64,000 nucleotides of DNA from Amoeboaphelidium occidentale (lineage: Eukaryota). Below are positions 34,545-47,823 of this stretch, one piece after another. The notes beneath the pieces were generated by a model. It was not told the DNA's origin. It saw nothing but the letters and a program-made list of their open reading frames with translations, and did no database searches. Location of the stretch: NCBI GenBank assembly GCA_023515795.1, contig JALGPX010000064.1, positions 1 to 64,000 of the forward strand, written 5' to 3'. How positions within the stretch are numbered: the first letter of the stretch is position 1; each line of letters opens with the position of its first letter. Position numbers and translations under genes: made by a program.

Positions 34545-35948
34545 ATGAAATCATTTCTATTAACGGCTTTAACTTTTATGCTTTTGGTATCTTTGGTCTT
34601 TGCTGTTCCTACTGGTGATCAATCCTCGGATGCAACACAAGAGTCACAGGAGACTTCGCAGAAGGAATCAAAACTCGATCAATTGTTCCAGAAGTTTTTG
34701 CAAAAAATGAAAATCACAAAGGAACCAGTTACAAGCACCAGCAAGATAGAAACGGAGCCATCGCCGCACCTTGATATTCCGGATGATCTATGGAAAAGCA
34801 GTATTCTTCCGAAATTATCTGGTAGTGATCATGAAAATTTACGCCTGGCTAACAAACAATCCAAGTCCATAGTGGACTTGCTCTACAAAGATTTCTCACC
34901 AGTGTTCACAGCATGTGACGAGGAAACTGCCAAAACGTTTTTCAGACAACAATATTCTGCTAATTATCTGAGCTACGTCCATGTGCCCATCTACAGAGGA
35001 GATGGAGCTAAAAAGGCTCACAGATGTATATGGGCTACAAAGAAGTGGGTTGAGACACTCGACAAACCGCAAACTATCAGATTTAATATCTTAGTCCTCG
35101 ACGTTGATGCAACAGCGGACTTTCTTACTGATGAGGATCTGTTTGAAGTTACCAAGAAACTGCGTTTTTCGATTAGTATTACGGTCAGTCAGACACTTGG
35201 AAAATCGGAGAGATTGATTCAGGCGGTATCAACAAACAAAAGCATTACAAGATTGGATATTCACGAACTTGAGGAAGATGTTGACCAGATGAAGATGTTG
35301 ACAAAAGCATTAAACAATAATACATCAATAACAGAACTTAAATTGTGGAAAAGTCGTATTGGTTTCGACGGCGCCGTTGCTTTAGCAAACGAATTGGAAT
35401 CCAATACTGCTCTATTAGAATTAGACCTTTGGGGAAGTTCTATCGGACAGGAAGGTTTAATGAAGTTAGCTGAAGCATTGAAGAACAATACAAAACTTCA
35501 AAAGTTATCTTTAAGGGATTCTGAGGTTGATGCCGGGAGCGCTGAAGCATTTGCGGGAGCCTTAAATGTAAATACGGCGCTAGAAACTCTTGACTTATCA
35601 GGAAATCAAATTGGAGACGCTGGTGTAAGAGCGTTGGCTCAAGCATTGGAAGCTAATGTTCCGTTGAAACGTTTAAAGTTAAACAGTATTTCAATTAATC
35701 CAGAAGGCTTCATGGCTTTGGCAGGAGCCCTAAAAACTAATCAAAAACTTCTATATCTTGGTCTAAAAAATACTGGTTTAGCACTATCAGACCTTCAACA
35801 GCTTGTTTCAGCATTACAAGAGAATACATGTTTGCAGGAGTTAGTATTGAGCGCAACAGATTTACCGAACGCATTCTTATACTTAAGCCCTTTGGCAAGG
35901 AAGAAGACCAAAAACGGAAAGCCCTTTTTTGTAAGAGTTGCAGGCTAG
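34545..35948 (+). CDS. Secreted F-box-like, RNI-type LRR protein (candidate effector)
   Basis: Signal peptide, IPDDLWKSSILPKLSGSDHENLRLANK F-box-like motif, 28-aa RNI-like LRRs (LETLDLSGNQIGDAGVRALAQAL); intronless. Confidence 0.8.
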   Translation: MKSFLLTALTFMLLVSLVFAVPTGDQSSDATQESQETSQKESKLDQLFQKFLQKMKITKEPVTSTSKIETEPSPHLDIPDDLWKSSILPKLSGSDHENLRLANKQSKSIVDLLYKDFSPVFTACDEETAKTFFRQQYSANYLSYVHVPIYRGDGAKKAHRCIWATKKWVETLDKPQTIRFNILVLDVDATADFLTDEDLFEVTKKLRFSISITVSQTLGKSERLIQAVSTNKSITRLDIHELEEDVDQMKMLTKALNNNTSITELKLWKSRIGFDGAVALANELESNTALLELDLWGSSIGQEGLMKLAEALKNNTKLQKLSLRDSEVDAGSAEAFAGALNVNTALETLDLSGNQIGDAGVRALAQALEANVPLKRLKLNSISINPEGFMALAGALKTNQKLLYLGLKNTGLALSDLQQLVSALQENTCLQELVLSATDLPNAFLYLSPLARKKTKNGKPFFVRVAG

Positions 35949-36116
35949 TTTGGCACCGACTAAGGATAAGATCGCCAAGTGTGATATCAGCTTCGGATCA
36001 CATATGAGTACATTCGAGAATTTAAATCAATTAAGTTAATGGACAAAACTACTTTAAGTCACAATGACGCTGTTACACTCAATTTATTTAACATCAGCAA
36101 TCATATTTACATTTAC

Positions 36117-36832
36117 TCATTCATATCCTTCGATACCTACGGATTCCACGAAATCCTTCACTTTCATATCCATGCCTTCGCTAATAGCCTTGACAGCATC
36201 CATGCACTATCAATTAGACATTACACGAACAAGACCAAAATGATCACTTACCATTCGCTTTCTCTTCTTGAGTAAATCATTCATCTTCTTCAATTCCTCT
36301 TCGACTCTTTTGATCTCCTTCTCATCCACCAGCTCCACTCCACCGCCGAGCAAAAGTTGTAATTTCTGTTGTTTCTTTTCTAATTCCGCTGATACAGCCG
36401 ACAATCGCTCGCTCAATGCTTCATCGGTCAGAGTGCACAAGAGCGAATTATTCAGTAAATCAACGCGCTCCTTCAACTCAGCCTTCTTCTTGCTTAATTC
36501 TTCTTTCATTCTGTCGCACTGTTCATCCAATTCCGTCAGTTCTTCCTTTGAAACTGTTGCATCGCCCTCTTCCTGTTTCACAACGTAAACTTGCTGCTTT
36601 CCGTAAGTCTTGCAAATGATGCTTCCATCCTGTGATAGCGAAGTCAATGATTTAACAATCTGAGTCTTTCCGTAATCTTTCAAGTTATTCGTGAGATCGG
36701 TGGCTGAGTATGGTCTGTTGGTTCTCTTTAAATAGTTTAGGATTGTTGCTTCTGTTTCAAGTGTGATTAGCCATTAGGGTTAAGATTAGTGTTACCTGCA
36801 TTATTGCCTCCCTTGCTCGCTGCCTTTGTCAT
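36117..36832 (-). CDS. HOP2: Hop2/TBPIP meiotic recombination factor, 3 exons
   Basis: ILNYLKRTNRPYSATD, KTYGKQQVY, coiled coil, KKRKRM. Confidence 0.9.
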
Positions 36833-36871
36833 TTACGCTGTTCTTTGTTGTTTCCGGAAATCAAATTGGGA

Positions 36872-37204
36872 ATGTTTCAAACAGAATTGTCGTATTTGAT
36901 CGAACTGTTGCAGGAATATTCATTCTATGAAGAGATCATAATTGGTAAAGTTGAAACAGAAATAAATAGAAGAAATAATGTCAGGAAGAATGTTGCAGAG
37001 GAGCTAGAAGTTCTCTTATCAGAATATCAAGGCATTAAACAGGATTTGCGACAGATTCGGGAAGGCATCGAAGACCTTAAAAAAGACAATCCAAATGCAA
37101 ACGTTATGAATGCGAAACCGAATAGCCTCTTCTTTTTTACAGCTTTCTTGTCAATTATCGCAATTTGTTTAGTATTTGTTTCTCTGAGGTTCTTGTTCGA
37201 ATAG
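36872..37204 (+). CDS. Small coiled-coil, tail-anchored membrane protein
   Basis: Heptad helix followed by a C-terminal TM segment. Confidence 0.5.
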   Translation: MFQTELSYLIELLQEYSFYEEIIIGKVETEINRRNNVRKNVAEELEVLLSEYQGIKQDLRQIREGIEDLKKDNPNANVMNAKPNSLFFFTAFLSIIAICLVFVSLRFLFE

Positions 37205-37277
37205 AGACGCTTTTCGAGTCATTGTGACCTGTGCGCTGATTGGTCGGAATTTTTGGGCTCGCTCTTTACATTTTGAA

Positions 37278-38026
37278 ATGTCGTCCACAAGTGCAGCTGA
37301 TAAAAACAAGAACCAACCAACCGGCGTCGAAGCTGAAGAACACATCGAACATGACAATTTACACTCTGAGACTCCTAAAGAGAAGACTCCTTTGATTCCA
37401 GCTGCAACATCAAACTACAAGAGAACAATCTTGATTGCTTTGGATCACTCTAATCACTCTGAGAAGGCTTTGCAATGGGCAATGGATAACCTTATCCGCG
37501 TTGATGGTGGCGATTTGGTTGTGTTGTGCACTGTTAGGGAGCCTGTGCTAGTTCCTGGCGCTTATGGTAACTTTTAGCTTTACATGTTTAAAAGTATTAA
37601 TGCTTAACTTTTTGTTATTTATAGGCTACATGGACTTTGGTGATTATATCGCAGAGGCTGAGGAGCAAGCAAGATTAAGAAGCCATGCTCTGGTTAAGAA
37701 GTTTGGTCAGGAATTGTTGAAGAAGTTCCAATTACCTTCAGCTGGTGGTAACGGTAAGTTGACTGTTAAAGGAATCGTAATGCGTGGTGGTAAGTTTGTA
37801 TTTACCGGTCTGTCGTTTTTAACTTTTCGCTTGTTTGCTTGCTTGCGTGTGTTTAGACCCAAGAGATGAATTAGTCAGAAAGGCACACGAATTGAATGCA
37901 GCTGCTTTAGTCATGGGATCAAGAGGCTTAGGTGCTTTCAAGAGAGCATTCCTTGGTTCAGTCAGCGACTACATTGTGCACCACTCTGAAGTTCCTGTCA
38001 TCATTGTTAAAGGTGATGAGAAATAA
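37278..38026 (+). CDS. Universal stress protein (USP), 3 exons
   Basis: ILIALDHS.HSEKALQWA, GDPRDEL, VMGSRGLGAFKRAFLGSVSDY. Confidence 0.9.
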
Positions 38027-38127
38027 GCACAGACTGTAACAGCACAAATGAAAGACTGTAATGAATAAAAATTAGTAATTTTGAGTAAACGCTACAACCT
38101 CAGCTTCGGGTAAATCTCTTTAGGGTT

Positions 38128-38607
38128 TTATTGCCGTGTCATCTTTTGTATGGCTCTGTCGAATAGTTCACATCTGATGGGCATTTCTGTTTGATAGAAC
38201 GGAGATTTGAGGGCGTAGTCAGCGTATATTTCATAAACCTTCGCTGCGACAGATTCCAGACCATTGTAAAGAACATCTGCAGTCAGAATGAGTTTAATTC
38301 CTACAACGAAACAGTTTAGTTCGAAACCCATCGACTGTCTTCAGTTACCAGTTAAAGTCTGATGGCAGAGAAGTTTAAAAGAATCGGTTACTAATAGTTG
38401 CATTCCAGAGGGTTCCACTGACGATGGAGCTGGTATCAGATTTTGCGTTATTGCGTGAATGCCATGGAATGTTCCAGCGATCACAAGGTATTCATTACTG
38501 CTAAGTCTTTGTGGTCCAGATCCATCGATTCCATCTCCGTTCACAAAGTCCGTTTGGTAAATAAGACCGCCTGCTTTGTTGATTATATAAAGAGAGTACA
38601 GAGGCAT
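38128..38607 (-). CDS. TRS23: TRAPP subunit Trs23/TRAPPC4, 2 exons
   Basis: LYIINKAGGLIY, SNEYLVIAGTFHGIHAI, YADYALKSPFY..EMPIRCELFD. Confidence 0.93.
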
Positions 38608-38663
38608 GGCGAATTGCAGTTGATTGTGATAAAGAAAACAAAAAAGAGATTTTAATTTCAATT

Positions 38664-40269
38664 CTAAATTTTGCCTTTTGGTGGACGAAGAGTTTCCGGT
38701 AGCATTTTTGGTAGGTCCAGGCCTGATTGCTTTAGCTTGATCAAGTGCAGGGCCAAGGAAAACTCATCGAGATCCAAGTAACCGTCTCTTGTAAAATCAC
38801 TCAGAGCCCAAATTGTTCCCAAGTCAGCAACTGGCAACTCTGACTGCATTAAAACAGGTTTTGCTATAGAGCCACTGATTTTTCCATCGATAGGATTTAA
38901 GGAATTGAATTGATCAACATATCTTGACTTCTCAACGGAATCCCAGGACCAAGGATCTGTTTGCTCTTCAGAAAATGTAGAAGCTCCTGGTGCAACATAG
39001 TCAGCAAATGGGTTACGCTGATGAGTTGGTAGAGAAGGATTGCCTTGTGGGAACAATGCCATTAATTTCGGAAGATCAACGCTAAGAACTTCATCCATGT
39101 TCTGAATGAGTTTTGTATTTAGTTTTGCGAATTCTGAAAAGTTAAAATTCTTCAAAGATTGCTTGAATCTTTCAATATCAGGGAAATCTCCAATAGGCAG
39201 ATTATGTTGCTTGTGAATCTTCATGAATTCCACATCCAAGTTTTCAATTAATTCAGCTTGTTTCTTGTCTTTTCCAAACATGGAAGGCATTTGTTGCTTT
39301 AGGTGAGAAATAATATAAGCATGGACTTTCGCCATACGAGCCCTCTTCACAATTTCATTGACTTTTCTGACTGTAGCGTTTCGTGGTAAATCTTTCATGT
39401 CTGACAATAGATCGCCCATTTCTGCGACAAGCAAATTATAGTTCTCGCTCGACTTATCAATCTTGTCCCAGAATGAACCAACGTAAACTCTAACAACTTC
39501 TGGCGTATTAATTACTTTTCCTAATATCGTTAGAACTATTGAAAACCATTCTTCAATTACCTAATGACCACATCAAAGCACCGTAAACACGCATAAGCGC
39601 CTGATTATTGATCATATCAGCCTTATTCAAAACAACTTTGATCTTGTCAGAGTGCGGTTTCAATGTATTCATGACAGCTTTGAATTCATCAGAAATGTCC
39701 AACTTGTGAGCATCGAACAGTAACAAGATCATATCAGCCCTCTCAGCAAACCATTCGGCAACTTCAACAAAATCATAAGCACGGCCTATGCGCTGTTTCT
39801 CCCCCGATAAGACTCCAGGGCTGTCGATGATGGTGACATTCTCCAAGAAAGATACCGGTAGCTGAGACACTTGAAACTTACTCATAAAACCAGTGCCAAA
39901 CTTCGATAAACCTGTAAAAGGCATATCTGCTGCAATACAAGCGGCGTTACCAGGAATAACCTTATCAGAAGCACCATTCATCACAGCCACAAATCTATCC
40001 GTAGTCGGTTCAGGCCCAATATGACTTCCAGGATAGTCGGTATCAAGCAGATACTGAATAAAACTTGTCTTTCCAGTGGAATATTGTCCCATCAGTAGGA
40101 TGAATGGCTTCGCTTCAATATCAGTGTCAGTCAAGAGCGCAGAATGGAACGAATCGAACTTGTACAACTCTTCAATTGGCCTGATCTTCTTCTTGTAGAG
40201 AGTCTTGAGGCCATCCACAATATTTCTGTAAGTGGAAGGATCTGGTAAATCGTTCTTTCCTTTCCCCAT
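38664..40269 (-). CDS. EHD1: EHD/RME-1 dynamin-like ATPase with EH domain, 2 exons
   Basis: GQYSTGKT, IGPEPTTD, DSPGVLSGEKQR, C-terminal EH domain (DGYLDLDEF). Confidence 0.95.
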
Positions 40270-40500
40270 TTCGTTGTTTAGAAATATCGTGGCGTTTGCT
40301 AAAGCTGATCGACCAAAGCAAATCTGTCTCAAGCAACCGCGCTCAGGAATTCAAGGGACCGCTCTCTTAGCTGAAGTTATTTCTTCTCGCTCTCGTAAGG
40401 GGTTACGTAAAACTTCTTATTGGTCCCTCGCTGCTTAATGATCAAAACATCGCAACAACGTTTCTCTCTGATCATATTTTCTAGCACCTGTTGACAACAC

Positions 40501-41301
<801 letters not shown>

Positions 41302-41335
41302 TGATGGTATTAAAATCTACTAATGAATTTCAAGA

Positions 41336-43909
41336 TCAATTTATTTCTCCCTTTTCTTTTGCTGTCGTGTATTCCTTGTGTAATTTGACTTGAGTGTCAT
41401 ACTCTTTTTGAAGTTTCTTTCTGCGGCTTTTCGCTAATTCTACTCCTTCTTTGTCATGAGTTGGTAAACCATTGTCGTCCCACTTTGAAAATTCATTTGT
41501 TTTGAACAGATTCTCTGGTTTAGTCTCTCCTCTTTTCAGTTTTTCTAATCGGCGATCCCTCTCTTGTTTTGCCTGAGCTTCGCGAGCTGCTGCCTTTTCT
41601 TGCTCTTTCTTTTCCTTTTCCAAAGACATGCGTTTCAGCTCCTCTACAGGTACAAGCTTTATCAATGACTTATCGTCTTCTTTGTCCTCCAACAGAACTC
41701 CAAGATTAGGTAAATCGACATCACGAAGTTTATCGCACAATTTAAGTAAGTCGGATTTTTCTAGAAATTAAACTAAAGTTGATAATACGATTTACCTGAT
41801 CCAGATTTTGCTAGTCTTCTTACTTCGCCTCTGAACTCTGCCATTAAACTTAGATAAGGAATCAATTTATCCTCCAAATTTTCTCCTGCAGAACTATCTT
41901 GAGAATCTGAACTTCCTCCGATTTGATCATTGCCAGAATCATAAACGCCAAAAGTTTTCATCATTGTAGTGACATACTTCCCAATCTTTTGTAGAATTGA
42001 CAAGTTAGGAGCAACTTTCTTAACTTCCAATGAACGAATGTAAACATTTGCAGTAGAGATTAAATCCAAGATTTCGGCCATTGCTTGAGGGGTATTTAAA
42101 TTATCACATAATGCCTCATGGACCTTGGTTTGCTTATCGATTAATGCTTTCATTAGATCCTTTTCTGGTTGATAATATGAATGTCTTGGAACTCCTTTTT
42201 CATCAAACAATTGAGCTGGTTTAGACCGACCTAGAGCCTTAATGTATTCCAAAAAGTTTCTAATTTTGGTTTCGCAAGCAGCAGCACTTTGCATAGAAGA
42301 TTCCTTGTAATCTAACAAAGAATCCCAAGAATGTAACAAAAACATGTATCTTATCTGAGTGCCGCTATACTTATTCAGAGCCTCCTTGATTGTAATGAAA
42401 TTCTTTAAACTCTTGGACATCTTTTGGCCTTCAATGTGTAAATGCCCGGAATGCAAGAAATAATTGACCCATTGCTGGCTACCATAATAAGCTTCAGCCT
42501 GAGCCATCTCATTATCGTGATGTGGAAAACACAAATCAATCCCACCAGAATGAATATCCAATACTTGCGATGTAGCAACTTCGTTTGCCATAACGGAACA
42601 TTCAATATGCCATCCTAAGAAAGTTTAGGCAAATTATCAAAAATGATTACCTGGTCGTCCTAGACCCCAAGGGCTTTCCCATGTTGGTTCGCCTGGCTTA
42701 GCAGCCTTCCATAATGCAAAATCCAAGTCTGATTTCTTTCCTGTAAGNNNNNNNNNNNNNNNNNNNNNAAAAATGATTACCTGGTCGTCCTAGACCCCAA
42801 CGGCTTTCCCATGTTGGTTCGCCTGGCTTAGCAGCCTTCCATAATGCAAAATCCAAGTCTGATTTCTTTCCTGTAAGTGCTGCTCCCAAAGATCCTTCTC
42901 CTTCTGCAACCAGCCTGGAGTGACCTGCAGCCCATGGAGCAAGCTTGGCGTAGTCATTATTCTTCTTGAAAGCATTAAGATCAAAATATACAGAACCATT
43001 AGATTCATAGGCAAGACCTTTATCTACAAGAGTCTCGACGTATTCAACAATTTCAGGAACGTATTCACTGACTCTTGTTAAAATATCAGGAGGTCTAACA
43101 TTTAGACGCTGCATATCAACAAAGAACTCGTTCTCCCAATGACTAGCCAACTTCTGAAAGATGCTCTTATCATTTACTTCCGAGTACATGCGTTTATCAA
43201 GATAATCAGCCAAAGCATCAAGGGAAGCTTCAAACAATTCATCCAAACATTCTTTTGTGTCAACATTGTCCTTTTTAATCTCTTTAGCCGCATGATCTAA
43301 TGCTGCCTTCATTTGAAGAATTGTGTTCCAGTAAAGCGAGAACTTTTCACCAATATCTTCTTTCAATTTAGTTTCCAGCTCAGTGACCAACAACACAAAG
43401 GCATCAAAGTCATCAAACGCTTTCTGAACGCTAATGCCCGTGTTTTCAAGAGTCTTTGCCTTCAGGAACTTGGACTGCACAAACTCTTTCCATGCTTCAA
43501 CAAGAATCTTGATCAGATCACTATCGAGACTGGTGCGCTCCAACTTAAACTTTTCAATTAAATAATTCTGTCTTGCCCTCAGAATAATTTTATCATCAAT
43601 ATCAGTGATGTTCATGATGTACAGAATCTCGTAGTTGAAGTAGTCTTCCAGAATGCGCCTCACAATATCAAAAGTTATGTAATTCCTAGCGTGGCCCATA
43701 TGCGCCGCATCGTAAACAGTCGGACCGCAATTGTACCAGGTGAGCTGCTTAGTTCCCGTTTGAGTAATGAACACCTCCTGCAAATTTAAGCATGATTAAA
43801 AAGCTTGGTTACCTTTTGACGTGTTAGCGAGTTATTTAAACGCAGCGATGGTGCCGTGTAAGTTGGTTGAGGTGCGTGCCATTTGGGCTGTTTAATATCC
43901 GTCGACATT
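41336..43909 (-). CDS. CARS1: Cytosolic cysteinyl-tRNA synthetase, multi-exon
   Basis: CGPTVYD, HMGHAR, GRPGWHIECS, HSGGIDL.FPHHDNE, KMSKS; N-gap overlap at 42748-42768. Confidence 0.96.
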
Positions 43910-44139
43910 TGCCTTATTATAGGAGATTTAAGAACACTGCGAAGATATCTGAACAGTTTGGCAGTCGTTGGAAAAAATCACGCAGTCTGGGCCAGAAATT
44001 GTGTGATAAGTTTTACTGGAATGGTTTAACCTTAAGTTTAAAAGACATTCCGTAAGCATTAAAGCGCACTAAAGGCCCATAGAAGGGACGTCTTGGCTAT
44101 ACTTCTTCTGATTTTCTTGTTGATCTTGATTTCTGCTAC

Positions 44140-45105
44140 ATGCTGCTAAAGCTAGACAAATATGTGGATATTGAATACTTCCGGAAGGAGCATTACGAAA
44201 AGAATCAGCCTGCACTTATTGGTGAATGGCTAGTAGAAGACTGGCCCATATTCCATCAGCTGAAATTAGAGAGGTTCCATAATGACACGGTCATGGTTGT
44301 CAATTGCAACGACACAGATTGCGAGCCAGTAAAGATGAAATTGAAAGAGTTCATAGAAAAACAAGATAACAAAGAACCGCTGTATGTCAAAGACTGGCAT
44401 TTATTTCGTGATCATCCGGATGTCGTGCTTTATCATACTCCTGCTTTATTCCAAGACGATTGGCTCAATGATTACTGCTTAGCACGCACAGAGAGCGATT
44501 TCAGGTTTGTTTACTACGGCTTAGACGGGAGCAAGTCATTTTTGCACGCAGACGTGTTTCGATCTTATTCTTGGTCAACGAATATTACCGGAATCAAGCG
44601 ATGGTTACTGTATCCTCCACATTGTGAAGAGCTTTTGAAGGATAAATGGGGCAACTTGATTCTAGATCCTGATAATGTTGATCATGATCAGTTTCCTAGA
44701 TTTAAAGAAGCTAAAAAGTTTGAATTGGAGGTCTATCAACATTCCCAACAGACAATCTTTGTGCCATCAAATTGGTTTCATTCTGTGTACAATTATGGTT
44801 CTACACTCTCAATTAATCACAATTTCTTTAATCGGCACAACATATCAGACGTGCTAAATTACTTTGAAAAGTGTCTCAAAGATGTACAGAAGGAACACGA
44901 AGATTTGCTGGAACCGCCAGTATCGTTAGATCGCCAAGAATGGTTAGAAATATGCCAAAGAACACAGAAACTTCATTTCGGTTTGGACTCCTTAGAGTTA
45001 AAGGAAATTTTGGCCTTTAGATTGGAATCGAGCGACTGTTCTGAATTAGATCGCACCGAAGCATCTGCGGCAATTAGGAAAATCGAAACTCTACAGAAAC
45101 TTTGA
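44140..45105 (+). CDS. JMJD4: JmjC oxygenase, JMJD4-like
   Basis: LYVKDWHL, DFRFVY.G, HADVFRSYSWS, FVPSNWFHSVYN...SINHN. Confidence 0.88.
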   Translation: MLLKLDKYVDIEYFRKEHYEKNQPALIGEWLVEDWPIFHQLKLERFHNDTVMVVNCNDTDCEPVKMKLKEFIEKQDNKEPLYVKDWHLFRDHPDVVLYHTPALFQDDWLNDYCLARTESDFRFVYYGLDGSKSFLHADVFRSYSWSTNITGIKRWLLYPPHCEELLKDKWGNLILDPDNVDHDQFPRFKEAKKFELEVYQHSQQTIFVPSNWFHSVYNYGSTLSINHNFFNRHNISDVLNYFEKCLKDVQKEHEDLLEPPVSLDRQEWLEICQRTQKLHFGLDSLELKEILAFRLESSDCSELDRTEASAAIRKIETLQKL

Positions 45106-45126
45106 ATTTATGGAAGAAATTGATTA

Positions 45127-46743
45127 TTAGAACTCCTTATTTTGATTCAAGAACTTTTTAAAGTATTCAACAGTTTCTGCGATTCCAGTTTTTACATCGA
45201 ATTTTGGTTTCCATCCTAAAATCTCTCTTGCTCGAGAGATGTCTGGCTGTCTTTTTTGTGGGTCATCAGTTGTAGCAGGAAGGTGTGTAATCACAGCATC
45301 TGGGTTCACTTCCTTTCTAATCATCTCTGCGAATTGCTGTATAGTGTATTCATCGGGATTACCGATATTGACTGGCTGATTGTATTCTGCATTCATTAAT
45401 GCAATTAAACCATCCACTAAGTCATGAACATACTGGAATGANNNNNNNNNNNNNNNNNNNNACAGCATCTGGGTTCACTTCCTTTCTAATCATATCTGCG
45501 AATTGCTGTATAGTGTATTCATCGGGATTACCAATATTGACTGGCTGATTGTATTCTGCATTCATTAATGCAATTAAACCATCCACTAAGTCATGAACAT
45601 ACTGGAATGATCTTGTCTGCTTTCCGTCACCATAAACAGTAATATTTGATCCAGTAAGCGCTTGCATAATAAAGTTTGAAACAACACGACCATCTTCTGC
45701 GTTCATTCTTGGACCAAATGTATTGAAAATACGAGCAACTCTGACTTCAACGCCATCTTGCTTTTCATAAGCATAAGTAAGAGTTTCAGCCACTCTCTTT
45801 CCTTCATCATAACATGCTCGGGGACCAATTGGATTTACGTGGCCCCAGTAAGTTTCTTTTTGTGGATGTTCCTCGGGGTCTCCATAAACCTCTAAAAGGA
45901 ATATAAGCAAACATTAGAAACGATAAAACATACCTGAAGTAGAAGTCAATAGAAATCTTGCTTTCACTCTTTTTGCTAGCCCAAGCATGTTAATTGTACC
46001 AACAACGCTTGTTTTAACGGTCTTTATAGGATTATACTGATAATGTGGAGGTGAAGCTGGACATGCCAAATGATAAATCTGATCAACTTCAGCAAGGAAC
46101 TAGAAATTACAACAAAACATTTAAATCTTACTGGATCAACAACATCATGCCGTACTAATTCAAAATTAGGATGGCCTATCCAATGCATGACATTGTCTTT
46201 GTTTCCGGTAAAGAAATTATCCAACACGATAACATCATGACCCATCAACATGAGCCTGTCCACAAGATGAGAACCAACAAAACCAGCACCCCCTGTGACC
46301 AAAATTCTCTTCTTCTGTGATGGTGGTAGATGCTTCACCGGTGGGTATCCACTCTGCGGCGAAAAGACCATAACATCCTGGTTGACTTTAGCCCATCTGT
46401 AAGTGCTATCATCATCTGGCAAATATAAATCCCTGAGTTTCTTTAAAGGGAATGCGGAGTGATACTTCTCGTACCCGACAGTCATCTTAGCGCTACCGTC
46501 CCGCCCTTCGTCGTCGCCTTGCTGCATATTTTCTAAACTGGAATCCGTGGAACTTGAAGATAGTGAGAGCGTAAAGGCAAAGTAAAATAGATAACAATTG
46601 ACCCAAAGAATGACAAGTAACATGGCTTTTTTGCCAATGGAATTAGCCTGACCAAATATCGACCTGTAAGGCAATGTGAAAATATTGAATGGTGTAACAG
46701 CTTCTGAATTTTTCAAAAGAGCACTCCTCTGGTAAATTGACAT
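45127..46743 (-). CDS. UXS1: UDP-glucuronate decarboxylase (UDP-xylose synthase), type II membrane form
   Basis: [47 protein letters not shown]-terminal TM; N-gap overlap at 45442-45461. Confidence 0.95.
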
Positions 46744-46943
46744 AAACTAACTAGGCGCTTAAGTTTTCTGTTGCTGCTACGACTGTTGTTGTTGCTGCTG
46801 CTGCTGAACTGCGCCTGCTATACCACGAAGGAGATTTCACGAAAGACGAAAACTTGTTTGGACTCTCGCAGGGTTGGTTCGCAATTAAATAAATGTATGC
46901 GCATAGCCTCGTAATAGTAATTATTTCTATTGGTAAGAAGAAC

Positions 46944-47669
46944 TTAAAATACCATAACACCCAGAATCGCAAAACCAGCCATGAGTACCAAACCGATTAT
47001 CATCCAAATCAATGCCCACACCTGACCAGGGCAACAACCACACAGCTCTGCGAATTTCGTTGCATCAGACTGAGGGTGCTTAAAAAATATGAGGCCTTGG
47101 AAGTCCCACAGACTTTGGAGGGAACACATAACACCAACAAACAAAATTGCGTAAGGCAAATACTTACCGCCTTCAAACCACCACAAAACGCCCATTGTTC
47201 CCATGAACAGAACAGATATGATTCGCGTTAACCAATTCTTGGCCCAGTACAGAACCAGTAGAAAGCAGATACCAAGAATGATTGCGACAACTTTTGATGC
47301 GATGATATTGAAGCCAGCGAAAACCATCAAGCCACCATAAAATGAACTTCCGAGGTATCCTGCGGGAAGTGCCAAATATGGGTTACCGCCCTTCATTTGA
47401 GTACATCCTTCGGTATTCAGTTCAATCTTCAATGAATGGATCCTTCCACCAGTGCAGAAGCCAACGGAAGCGTGACCAAACTCGTGCACCGCGGTAACAA
47501 GTAATTTGAATGGAGTAAGAAGGTGTTGTAGAATCGGAAAATTCCATAAAATAAAAATACCAATAGAATAACCCGCAATGAAGTACAGCGTGGTTTTATC
47601 ATCATCCGACAATATCGTCAAAGAATCTTGTGCATTCTGTGGTGAGCTGAAAGTATCAAGAGGTGCCAT
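46944..47669 (-). CDS. Peptidase M50B-like membrane metalloprotease
   Basis: HEFGH, LPAGYLGSS, SDA motif, multiple TMs. Confidence 0.85.
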   Translation of the reverse strand: MAPLDTFSSPQNAQDSLTILSDDDKTTLYFIAGYSIGIFILWNFPILQHLLTPFKLLVTAVHEFGHASVGFCTGGRIHSLKIELNTEGCTQMKGGNPYLALPAGYLGSSFYGGLMVFAGFNIIASKVVAIILGICFLLVLYWAKNWLTRIISVLFMGTMGVLWWFEGGKYLPYAILFVGVMCSLQSLWDFQGLIFFKHPQSDATKFAELCGCCPGQVWALIWMIIGLVLMAGFAILGVMVF

Positions 47670-47823
47670 TAGTGCTGAAACAAGTTTTAACGCGGAAACT
47701 AACTTGTTACTCTTTTAGCAGAGAAAAGCAACTGCGCTAGAAGAAATAGCAAGCTTCAAAGATCTTTGATTGGATTGCCTCGCTTGGCGTTTTGTTCTCG
47801 TCACGCTGCGCACAACCTACGGA

